A stretch of 63,265 bases of DNA, the filler included, from Octopus bimaculoides (lineage: Eukaryota): the NCBI RefSeq assembly GCF_001194135.2. It is 5 parts of 5 records of this genome, joined end to end, with 100 filler letters (N's around TTAATTAATTAA, not from the genome) between each part and the next. Parts side by side here need not be neighbours in the genome. Positions count along the whole stretch, not along the records: positions 41,542 to 53,471 come from NC_068988.1; positions 53,572 to 63,265 come from NC_068985.1; 3 more parts are not named here. One strand, written 5' to 3'. A program made the position numbers and the translations under genes. This document shows positions 51,565 to 62,255 of this stretch, one piece after another. Numbering within the stretch: the stretch's first letter is position 1; every line of letters begins with the position of its first letter. Below the pieces are notes generated by a model. That model did not search any database. It saw only the letters and a list, made by a program, of their open reading frames with translations, and had not been told where the DNA came from.

Positions 51565-51681
51565 GCAGCGTGGAAGGTGTTTATAAGCCATTTAAGAAAC
51601 ACAAAAAGCGTTAGATTCACTTCAACAACGGTATTTGTGTGTTTTTTTAAATGGCTTATAAACACCTTCCACGCTGCAATT
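51561..51681. repeat. Palindrome with perfect 35-bp arms
   Basis: AATTGCAGCGTGGAAGGTGTTTATAAGCCATTTAA at 51561-51595; exact reverse complement at 51647-51681. Confidence 0.97.
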
Positions 51682-51739
51682 GTTTTCGTTCCAGCACACG
51701 ATCTCAGATGAGGTCATTTACTATGCTAGTACAATTCCG

Positions 51740-51773
<34 letters not shown>

Positions 51774-52520
51774 TCATTTTCTCATGCAGTTCTCGTAGTA
51801 ATATTATTATAAACGTCTTAAACGACGTACTAGTGAGATAATGAAATTGCGTTACTCTTTAAGCAATGATATGTATATGCAGGATTTTGTTTTACATGCG
51901 CCTGATCAGACGCATACATCTCCACATATGTACGCGCATACACACACATATATATATACAGAATTATATATATTTATGTATAGTTATACACATATGCATA
52001 TATATATACACAAACATATATATATACACGCATCCACACATATTAAAACATATATCAGCAAAACCTATTAACTAAACATTTCGAAACAATTTTCTTTTTT
52101 TTTTTGCTTTTTGAACTAGAATGAAGTTTAAAGAGGCTTGTATATGCATAAAATAGACTTACCCGCTTGCATACAAGGTGTCAACAGTTCAGTTCTTTTG
52201 TTCAGACTGTTACTGCTTCAAATAAATTTCTCAATTTTTCGCTCCAATATATGTAACAGCCCATGCTTGATTTACAACTCCCGTTCCTAGGTGGCTGAAC
52301 ATTATCTTCAGTAGACCAGGTAATTCTGAATTCACGAGAATTTGTCTCACTCATGAACAATATTAACTTCGACACAGCCGTAGCAGATTTTCTATCGGAG
52401 CTGACAAATTAATGTTTGCTTGTAATAACTACAGATATTATTTAAATGAATTACTTTTGAAAATTGCTTAAACATCATGACTTCGCACGTATGAAGTTTA
52501 TTACTTTTATAATAATATTA

Positions 52521-52737
52521 TTTCTTTATTGCCCACAAGTGGCTAAACATAGAGGGTACAAACAAGGATTAAGTCGATAACATCGATCCCAGTGCGTAAC
52601 TGGTACTTATTTAATCGACCCCGAAAGGATGAAAGGCAAAGTCGACCTCGGCGGAATTTGAACTCAGAACGTAACAGCAGACGAAATACCGCCAAGCATT
52701 TCGCCCGGCGTGCTAACGATTCTGCCAGCTCGCCGCC
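52521..52737 (-). mobile_element. Young full-length SINE family 1 (tail A) with about 20-bp TSD
   Basis: TTACTTTTATAATAATATTA at 52501-52520 and 52738-52757; near-consensus body. Confidence 0.93.
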
Positions 52738-53435
52738 TTACTTTTATAATAATATTACCACGAGAACCAGAAAATTTATCAAGAGCGTTGTCTTGAAGCA
52801 GCAGGTTTCGCACGCGTTGTCCTCGTAGGATTTTAAATAGAACATAACAATAAGTGCTTCCTTCCAACTTACATTTCGTAATTGAAATATTATTCAGACA
52901 CCGGTTATTTTAAAAGAAAACCAGGTTCGGTTTACCCACTTATTATCGGAAACGCGTACATCTAAATTCAACACAGTTTTGGGTATCAATGCACACACAA
53001 TCCATTGCAGTTTGAGACAATTGCACTGCGGAATCTCCTGAAATTTACACCATAGCCTACACATATCCCTATACAAAAGATCTTTCAACATCCCACCTGA
53101 GGATAAGAGCCACTTCGCTGTTACCTATTAACTTACTTAATTCCCCAAGTTTATATACTAAGTTATCTATTTTTTAGATCCGTTTCGTGTAATTCAATCT
53201 ACCACAGGCAAATATCTACATATCTGCATCTCTACACCCCTTAATTTTTATCTTTCATAGTATATATATTTATATAAATATGTGTGTGTGTGTTTGTGTG
53301 TAAAGAAGGGGAGACAAAAAGGAAGATATGAAAAGTCTTATTTTGTTTTTGCTTTAATTTTTCTGACTTCAACCCTTCAACCATCGGACTTCTCGAAGAA
53401 TAAATGCACTGTGTGTTCATAAACAATCATCCCGC

Positions 53436-53471
<36 letters not shown>

Positions 53472-53571
53472 NNNNNNNNNNNNNNNNNNNNNNNNNNNNN
53501 NNNNNNNNNNNNNNNTTAATTAATTAANNNNNNNNNNNNNNNNNNNNNNNNNNNNNNNNNNNNNNNNNNNN
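53472..53571. other. Artificial scaffold linker
   Basis: TTAATTAATTAA at 53516-53527. Confidence 0.95.
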
Positions 53572-55428
53572 CTGTATATACTCGACTATAAAACGCCCTT
53601 GCCTATATAACGCACTCCCGACTTACAAGGTTCAAATCGAGAAATTTATCATTGACTTGACTATAAGTCACAGCGTAGTTTTTGATGTTGGACAGTAAAG
53701 TTCGATTAGGAATTGCATCGACATAGTTGTTGTTCGGTAAGCGAGCTTTCAGTAAGCTGAAGATGACTTACAACAACTGTTATCCCATTAAGTCCAATGC
53801 ATTTTAGAAACCGTTGCTTGTAATGTAAAATTTTATCCTTGATAACGCTAGTTGACTTGTTTATCGTATTGAGACTTAATTGCCTCGATGCTTTCTGTTT
53901 ACTTTTTGATTTGTGCCTTTCATTACTAGGAACTGACACAAAAGCATGCAGTCATATTTGCCATGATTGGGAAAAAAATACAATAAACTGTTTTAAATTG
54001 TAAAGAAGTGTATGAAACATTGTGACAAAAATCGAAAGAATAAATGAAGGGAGAATCGAGTTAAACTAATCGTCACTTACACCAAATAACTGGTAAAACT
54101 CCTTGGTTGTGATGGTCTCCTCGTATACACCCTGACCCTCGTCTTTACTTGTCTGATCTTAATTAACTGATGAAGCACTGGGGCTAACATTTCTTGCACA
54201 GACGAAGTCATTATATAATTCGTCGTCTTCTGTACCATTCATGGAATTTGTGATGCCGCACTTCAAAAAGGACTTCATCACAATTTCACTCGGTATTTCA
54301 GCGCATGAATCTATCACCCATTAGCGGCTTATCAGATGCGCCCTGAATATATTCCATACAAGAAGCTACTTTGAATTAAGCATAGCCCCTGGGTGCTTGA
54401 ACCACACGTCGTTTAACCAGTTCGTCAATACGGTTTCATCCACCCACACTTTCTCCTGAACATACACCACTATACCATTCGGAAACTTCTTTTTCGGGAA
54501 AGTCTTTCTTTTGAAAGCAACAACCGGTGTAAGTTTCGTACCGTCAGCCACACAAGCCAAGAGGGCCTTGTCGCACCCCGTAGTTTTTGCCGAAATTGTG
54601 CTTTTCCCTTTAACGTCGACTGTCCGAGTTCCAACCATATCGAAAGAAAGAGGTGTCTCGTCCATATTATCGATTGCCTCCAAGGCAAATTTGTGGTTCT
54701 TTCGTAGGTCTATTACATACCGATGGAAGGAATCAACTTTGCTCTCTACGTCAGCGGGTAATTTCTGTACGATATGAGTTCTCTATCTCAGCGTAAGATT
54801 GTGGCGTTTCATAAACCTCGTACACCAACCAGGGGATACTTTAAAGTCGGATATGCCATGTTCATTTGTCACTTGAAGAGCCTGCAATATAATGATGTTT
54901 CTTGTGACGACAAATCAATTCGTGCGTAGTTCAGTCACCCAGTCTCTCAAAATAGTCTTCATCTCCTCACTGGGACTCCATATCCTAATTTTGTTTAACG
55001 ATTTGATGTCAATGGATTTCATTTTCTCCTCTTTCAAACGCCAATCCTTGACCATTTTTTCTGAGACTCGATTCGAATGCGACTTCGCGTATTCAACAAC
55101 TTTCAGCTTGAAAGTGATATCATACAAATTCCTCTTTCTCTTCATATTAACAAATAACATGGCGTCGAATTAAAGAAAGGCGGATACGGTACAAAAACAA
55201 ACAAGCATTAAACTCACTTTTTTTTAATGAATTGTTTATTTCATGCTAACAGAAATAAAGAAATATATAAAGAAATATCTAAAGATAGTCTTCCATGTAC
55301 TTCTCGATTTCGGAATTAGCGATTCGGGTTTTTTGGTTATTCCGAATGTCGTATCCTATAAAAAAAACCTTCAGATTTAGGGGAAAATTTCAGGGGGGAA
55401 AAGGGCGACTTCTAGCCGAGTACGTACT
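53572..55428 (-). mobile_element. pogo/Tigger-family transposon, degenerate with internal deletion (BrkDBD/CENP-B HTH and DDE_1)
   Basis: Frames YDITFKLKVVEYAK, LRDWVTELR, SPGWCTRFMKRHNL, NMDETPLSFDM...LLACVADGTKLTPVVAFKRK...VWFK and NIFRAHL joined directly to the WVIDS C-terminus. TIRs CTGTATATACTCGACTATAAAACGCCC and GGGCGACTTCTAGCCGAGTACGTAC. Confidence 0.88.
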
Positions 55429-55682
55429 CTAATGAAGAATGGGGAATTGTAAAACTTCAAAATTTTTTTATTGAAGTATTTTTTCATCAAATTCCATTCT
55501 GCCACATCTTTTTGCTTGATAAGTGTCCCGGTGTCCTTTCATGTGACAGTTATGTGCATTTAATTGATGCATATTAAATCAATTGTTATACACATTCATG
55601 TAAATGTTGACTTTCCTATGCAAATTTATTCGAGGTGTTACTCATACAGGCTGGAGGAACGATCTCGATAAATTTTATAAAT

Positions 55683-55716
<34 letters not shown>

Positions 55717-56730
55717 TATATATATNNNNNNNNNNNNNNNNNNNNNNNNNNNNNNNNNNNNNNNNNNNNNNNNNNNNNNNNNNNNNNNNNNNNNNNNNNN
55801 NNNNNNNNNNNNNNNNNNNNNNNNNNNNNNNNNNNNNNNNNNNNNNNNNNNNNNNNNNNNNNNNNNNNNNNNNNNNNNNNNNNNNNNNNNNNNNNNNNNN
55901 NNNNNNNNNNNNNNNNNNNNNNNNNNNNNNNNNNNNNNNNNNNNNNNNNNNNNNNNNNNNNNNNNNNNNNNNNNNNNNNNNNNNNNNNNNNNNNNNNNNN
56001 NNNNNNNNNNNNNNNNNNNNNNNNNNNNNNNNNNNNNNNNNNNNNNNNNNNNNNNNNNNNNNNNNNNNNNNNNNNNNNNNNNNNNNNNNNNNNNNNNNNN
56101 NNNNNNNTATATATATATATATATATATATATATTAGCGACGGAAGCACTGTTAATACCAAAAGGTAATCTTTATATTCAACTTGTCAGAACACCGAATA
56201 CTGCGTACATAGGTTGTAGCAGGCAAGAGTCGTCTGTCATGGGCGTCAAAACACACTTATCACATGAATCTATTCTACTTCAAATCATCAGTTGGAGGCG
56301 TCTGAACACTGCATGCCAATCAAATCTCGCTGCTTTTCGGGCAATTTCGTCACAAATAGCAAAATTTGTGCAATAGTATCTAATATCAATAGACATTAAC
56401 CATAAACTGTTATTCCTAAGGCCTCGTTTCTTTTTCTCATGCAATTGATTTAGCTCAATATTTCTGCTTTCAAATGCATATAGTATAAGCATATATAAAA
56501 AACTGAACAGTGTTTCATAACTTACAAATATATTTTATTTATCTAACACATGGTTTTGCTTTAATTATGTCCGAAGAAGGAAGGGAAGATTTCTCTTTTC
56601 CGTGTTATTCGAACTACATTTGAAATATATAGAAAAATGTATGTTAGCAACAGCCTCGACGACATATTTTAGATACATCTAAGATATATGTCGCCGACAT
56701 TCATTGGGGAGAAAATCGATTGGATTTAGA

Positions 56731-56750
56731 TTTATTTTTAACGATTTATT
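56731..56750 (-). terminator. Polyadenylation signals of the Kunitz gene
   Basis: AATAAA on the minus strand at 56750-56745 and 56736-56731, about 80-100 nt after the stop codon. Confidence 0.55.
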
Positions 56751-56827
56751 TTCTTTGCTTAAAGATAAATTTTAGTAAGAAAAACAAGCTTTCTGATTAA
56801 ATGCACATCGCTGTAGCTGGCAATATT

Positions 56828-57113
56828 TTAAATTTTAAAATGTTGGCAGGCTTTTTGACAATCCTGGATAGTCGTGAATTTATTCCTGTTTCCTCCACAC
56901 CCTCCATAATAAAAATTCTCGCATTTCTGTGATTTATGATTGTAGTAAAAGCGTAGAAACAGCGCACGACATAAGCCAGTTACAGGTGGTAGCTTACAAA
57001 CACTCATGCATGTATTTTGACATTTTTCGATACTGGCAAAGTTATTACGGTTCCCGCCTTCTCCAGCGAAGTCGAATGCTTCACATTTATTCTCCTTTTT
57101 GTTGAAGTAATAC
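56828..57113 (-). CDS. Tri-Kunitz secreted protein, coding exon 3 (rest of Kunitz 2, Kunitz 3, stop)
   Basis: Acceptor TTTGCAG|G at 57114/57113, phase 2. Reads (R)YYFNKKENKCEAFDFAGEGGNRNNFASIEKCQNTCMSVCKLPPVTGLCRALFLRFYYNHKSQKCENFYYGGCGGNRNKFTTIQDCQKACQHFKI*. Confidence 0.95.
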
Positions 57114-57642
57114 CTGCAAACAGAAGCAAAATAGAACATGAAATGTTTTCTTATACTAACATCTTATCAGAATTATTGCAGAGGTTGTAAAATAGCAGAA
57201 TTAGTAACACAAAGCATTTTAAAAGTAGGTGATAGACAGAATCGTTGCAACTTCGATATTTCATTGAGTATATTTTTCGTTAAAATCTCACCAGGTTTGA
57301 ATTATATAAGTAGTAATTGGATAGTGTAAGGTTAGCAAAATCCGCTCAGGCGTTCCCCAAATCAATAACATTTTCTTTCATTGCAGTTTTCCAAGGAAAA
57401 AATACTTGCTTTAGACAAAATGTCGGAACACATCATAGTTGGTTCAGAGCGCCCGTTATGGACTAATAGATGCATTTCGGTCACTTTCTGATCTCTTCAG
57501 TACCAGATTTAAAAACCGCAGTGAAAATGCCTTTCTACAGGTCAAATATATCCCAAATATATTTGAACTATTCTAAAGTTTACCCACACACTCACACAAA
57601 GATGTATGTATGTATGTATGTATGTATGTATGTATGTGCGTG

Positions 57643-57684
<42 letters not shown>

Positions 57685-57787
57685 TGTGTGTGCATATATG
57701 TTATTATTCAGTTTTACTTCAAGATTCATTTTCAATAGAGAAAGAGCCGTTTTCTAGCCCAGATCCCAGGCTCTTTCATTTTGTATG

Positions 57788-58750
57788 TACGTGGACGGAT
57801 CGATAAGTATCAGGACTGTTTCCATAGTAACAAAGCTAAAGCACGCAGAATGAAGTCGCTTGGCACAGATTGACTNNNNNNNNNNNNNNNNNNNNNNNNN
57901 NNNNNNNNNNNNNNNNNNNNNNNNNNNNNNNNNNNNNNNNNNNNNNNNNNNNNNNNNNNNNNNNNNNNNNNNNNNNNNNNNNNNCACTGTTGTGCTTGCG
58001 CACGAAGTCTTAACGTTCTAGCTCACTTTCGCTGTTTACAGCAATGCTTGGAAGGAAACTGTGTAGCGTGTGATCGTCGCATTGACCACGACAGTAGAAG
58101 TTGAACAAAGAATCTGCATCAAATTTTGCCAAAAGCTTAGCAATACTTGCTCAGAGGCCTACGTAAAGTTTTCAAAAAGTTTTCATTGTTCTCGACACAA
58201 TCAAAGAAATCTTGTGCAACTGAAACCCGAGTGCGTTTTTGATCGGCTAAAAGCAGTTTGGCACAAACTTGGCAGACATGCGTCTCATACCCAAATATTC
58301 AGTGATAATGGACTGAAATGAACCGTAACTAATCTGCACATCCTCTGATAACTCACGGATGGTGATTCGACGATTTTCCCTTACAGCTGCACGCACATCT
58401 GCGAAGTTTTTTTCAGTTCTGCTGGGTGCGGGTCTCCCAGAATTTTCGTCAACATCGACATTTTTTCGGACATCTTGGAAACGTCTGAACCACTCGTAAA
58501 CTTCTCTCCGTACACTTTCTGCAACTTTGCATAGGCCTCTTAGCCTATGCAACTCTTTCTCTGTCATGGTCAATGCGACGATCACACGTTACATACCTTC
58601 CTTCCAAGCACTGTTGTAAACAGCGGAAGTGAGCTAGAACGTTAAAACTTAGTGCGCATGCACAGCAGAGCTCAAGTTCAATCTTTGCCGAGCAGCTTTA
58701 TTCTGCGTTACTCTGGCAACAGTCCGGATACTTATTGATCAGACCTCGTA
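57788..58750. mobile_element. Two mariner 5' halves joined in inverted orientation, flanked by TA
   Basis: Left TIR TACGTGGACGGATCGATAAGTATCAGGACT and right TIR AGTCCGGATACTTATTGATCAGACCTCGTA. The plus half encodes VEQRICIKFCQKL; the minus half encodes VYEWFRRFQD...DENSGRP...RRITIRELSEDV...RRMSAKFVP. Confidence 0.88.
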
Positions 58751-58801
58751 CATATACATGCGGATGCATATACTTGAATGTCTAGATATGCTCATATATA
58801 C

Positions 58802-58920
58802 TTAAATGATAAACTTCTGGAAAGTTTTACAGATTTTAACAGTTCCAGTGATGGACTGGATCTGTTGTCTTCGAATCAGCTTTCTACTTTCTGATTTTGA
58901 GAAGCCTAATTTCTCAAGGT
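58802..58920 (-). mobile_element. C-terminal ORF end of a probable non-LTR retroelement (family uncertain)
   Basis: LEKLGFSKSESRKLIRRQQIQSITGTVKICKTFQKFII* abutting a (CATA)n tract. Confidence 0.4.
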
Positions 58921-59560
58921 ATGTATGTATGTATGTATGTATGTATGTATGTATGTATGTATGTATGTATGTATTATAGATATGCATAAAAGAAAATTAT
59001 TGCAACCGAGAACCAAAACTGTTCAAAGAAAAGATTTCCTTCCATTCCATCCTATTCTATTCTTTTAATCCAGTTAACGTATGTTAACGTCCATGTAAAA
59101 TAAATCTTATTTTTAGCACAAGGCTAACAAATTTTTTAAGGGTAAAGGGAAATCTTTTATATCGATCCCAGTGATCAAATGGTACTTAATTTATTGATCC
59201 CGAAAGTATGAAGGGCAAAATCGCCCTCGAGCCAAAGGAAATGCCACTAAAACTTTTTTTTCAGTGCAGTAAAAATTCTGTGAGCTCGCTTACCTAATTC
59301 CGGTTGAAATAGCTGTATTTTCTCAAAAATTTCTTGTATTTATTGTCTATAAAACGTATCATATATTTGATTTGATAATTTCGTGCTCTTTACTGGAAAA
59401 GTATCCTTGATGTCTTATCAGATACATATGTTGTGAAGTTAATTTGCGTTTAATGTTATGTGGTTCTAAAACAAATACTACTGTTAAACATTTGCTACTA
59501 TCTGCACCTTAAAAGATAAGCCTATTTTACATTTCATATCTGACATTTGCATTTGATAAT

Positions 59561-59775
59561 GGTTTCAAATTTTGCTACAAGGCCAGCAAGTCCGCAGAAG
59601 GGGCTAGGTCGATTACATCAACCCCAGTGCTGAAATGGTATGTATTTTATCGACCTCGAAAGGTTGAAAGGCAACGTGGTCCCCGTCAGAATTTGAACTC
59701 AGAACGTAAAGACGAGTGAAATACCGCTCAGTATTTTGCTCGGCGTGCTAACGATTCTGCCAGCTCGTCCGCCTT
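59561..59775 (-). mobile_element. SINE family 1, tail type C, in Kunitz intron 2
   Basis: GGTTTCAAATTTTGCTACAAGGCCAGCAAG tail; ...GCGTGCTAACGATTCTGCCAGCTCGTCCGCCTT head. Confidence 0.85.
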
Positions 59776-60564
59776 CTGTAATTCATATTCACTACGCCTT
59801 TGAAGAATTTTATTATGCTCTAATATAGGGAATAGGTATAAGCTATTGAATCGACACCAATACTGGAACTGGAACTTGTTTTACCAGTCGCCGGACCGCT
59901 TGATAGTTAATTCAACGTGGATTAAGCTCAGAATATAAAAGATTTGGCTAAATGCCACAAGATTTGTAACCTGGCACTCTATCGTATGATCCATTTTCAT
60001 CACCTTCTATAAGATTTATTACTAATAGTATGTGTTAAACTTTTTTTCATTTCAAATAGTTTAATTACATTTTTCTTTTTTTTTTGATGATTTTTTTATT
60101 ATGTTTTTTTAATTAATACTCCAGTTTGCATTTGTCCTTCACTTCCGTGTTTTCTTTAAAATTAAAAAGAAAAATTGAAAAAGAATTTATTTAAATGTCA
60201 ACACAGCTTTACTTTCGTTGATTTTTGTTTGTTTGTTAGTTTGCTTGTTGCTTTTCTTGGTCGTATTGATGGATGCACTCAATCGGAAAGTAGTTAGAAA
60301 ATATTCTATGATGTGTGAGTGAAAAAAACCACGGAAGGATATTTTTACTTAATTTCGGAGAATTAGCAATTTTATGTCTCATCAAAATTGTGATCAGATG
60401 GTATAACAAAATATTCTATTAAAAGAAATATTCAATTATATTGGGCCTTCCAAGTTTATATACATTTCGAAATTCATTTATGAATGTACCTGCAAAGACA
60501 TTTTAAAATGAAAAACAAATAAAAACGAAAAGCGAACAGATTGAATTTTTTTAAAATTCTTTAC

Positions 60565-60775
60565 CTTCTAACAGATGCCCAACCTGTTCCATATCCTACA
60601 GGCAAAGTACAAACATCTGTACACATTCCAATGCATTCTTCGTAAGACAGGAAATTATTTCTATTACCTCCACATGTAAACTTAAATTTCTTACATGTTT
60701 TGGATTTCGCATCAAAATACCAACGTTCACTAGAAGAGGTTTCACATCTTCCATGATTCACTGGCAATTCACATG
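60565..60775 (-). CDS. Tri-Kunitz secreted protein, coding exon 2 (Kunitz 1 and start of Kunitz 2)
   Basis: Acceptor TACTTCTAG|CA (phase 1) and donor AG|GTAAAG (phase 2). Reads (A)CELPVNHGRCETSSSERWYFDAKSKTCKKFKFTCGGNRNNFLSYEECIGMCTDVCTLPVGYGTGWASVR(R). Confidence 0.95.
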
Positions 60776-61608
60776 CTAGAAGTACAAAGCATTAAGATTG
60801 GTATTTAGCACTTAACAAAATAATTTGATTTTTTTTCAATCTACGTGTGCCTAAATTAAGAAGACAAAAATCAGGATTCGAAACAGGCTCTCGTAAACAC
60901 ATACTTATGGTAATTATAGAATATGTAGTTCCAGCAGAGAACTATTGAGAGTTGAATCGACAGGATATTTACTTGCCGGCTAAATCTCGTATGATTCGTA
61001 TCTCATCATTGGAACTCCAAGTATCCATGGCGAAAACATTCATTTCTTCGATGGTGTTACCGTATAAGTCTATAATGAATATTACGACATATCGTTGTAA
61101 ATAGTTGTTTTATTGCTTATTTATTCATTTTTTTTTTTACAAAAGGCAATATAGACTGCAGTGACATTTGAATCAGAGAGATAAAACCATAAACCAAAGT
61201 ATGCATTTCTACTGACTCAACTATATCCACATATATTATATTTCGTTAGTGAACAGTGTTAATTTCTCAATCCTCTTCTTTACGTATGACGTAAGTCACA
61301 CTGAAAGTTCACCAAATTTAGTTGTTCTCCATATAGTACAAGAACGACATAAACAATAAAACTCACATGCCGCTTGCGATCCTAAGGTTTTATTGTTATG
61401 TTAACTGAAGTGACTAATGTAAAATGAATGACACGATGGTCAAAATTAAAATGATTGAGATTCAAGCATTTTCCTTTCTAAAGTTTGTATTCAAGAACAA
61501 CTATCATCATTCCAACGTTTCATACGAGAAAAAATTAAGGTTCTACATAATAATATATATACATATAAAGAGTAAAGAGAAGGAGAGAGAGAGATACATA
61601 CGTATTTA

Positions 61609-61652
<44 letters not shown>

Positions 61653-62073
61653 NNNNNNNNNNNNNNNNNNNNNNNNNNNNNNNNNNNNNNNNNNNNNNNN
61701 NNNNNNNNNNNNNNNNNNNNNNNNNNNNNNNNNNNNNNNNNNNNNNNNNNNNNNNNNNNNNNNNNNNNNNNNNNNNNNNNNNNNNNNNNNNNNNNNNNNN
61801 NNNNNNNNNNNNNNNNNNNNNNNNNNNNNNNNNNNNNNNNNNNNNNNNNNNNNNNNNNNNNNNNNNNNNNNNNNNNNNNNNNNNNNNNNNNNNNNNNNNN
61901 NNNNNNNNNNNNNNNNNNNNNNNNNNNNNNNNNNNNNNNNNNNNNNNNNNNNNNNNNNNNNNNNNNNNNNNNNNNNNNNNNNNNNNNNNNNNNNNNNNNN
62001 NNNNNNNNNNNNNNNNNNNNNNNNNNNNNNNNNNNNNNNNNNNNNNNNNNNNNNNNNNNNNNNNNNNNNNNNN

Positions 62074-62113
<40 letters not shown>

Positions 62114-62191
62114 GTGTATGTGTGTGTTAAAATTGTTTTGTTCTATAGTGCTGTAAATTCTGTGGGTGAACAGTTAGCAAGAATTACTTAC

Positions 62192-62255
62192 CTTCGTTTG
62201 CGAGGCTGTTCGAAAACTGAGCAGCGAAACATAAAATTATTAAAAACTGGAACAT
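62192..62255 (-). CDS. Tri-Kunitz secreted protein, coding exon 1 (signal peptide)
   Basis: ATG at 62255 gives MFQFLIILCFAAQFSNSLANE then G|GTAAGT (phase 1, compatible with exon 2). An upstream acceptor TTTTCCAG| at 62261 implies a further non-coding exon. Total CDS is 64+211+286=561 nt. Confidence 0.9.

Noticed and set aside
52894-53091. Cys-containing 65-aa minus-strand ORF
   Set aside because: No recognisable cysteine spacing, signal peptide or consistent splice pair.
61367-61470. Minus-strand GTGAGT donor as an alternative signal-peptide exon for the Kunitz gene
   Set aside because: The hydrophobic-looking frame is closed by stops and lacks an in-frame ATG; the exon at 62192-62260 fits phase and signal peptide properly.
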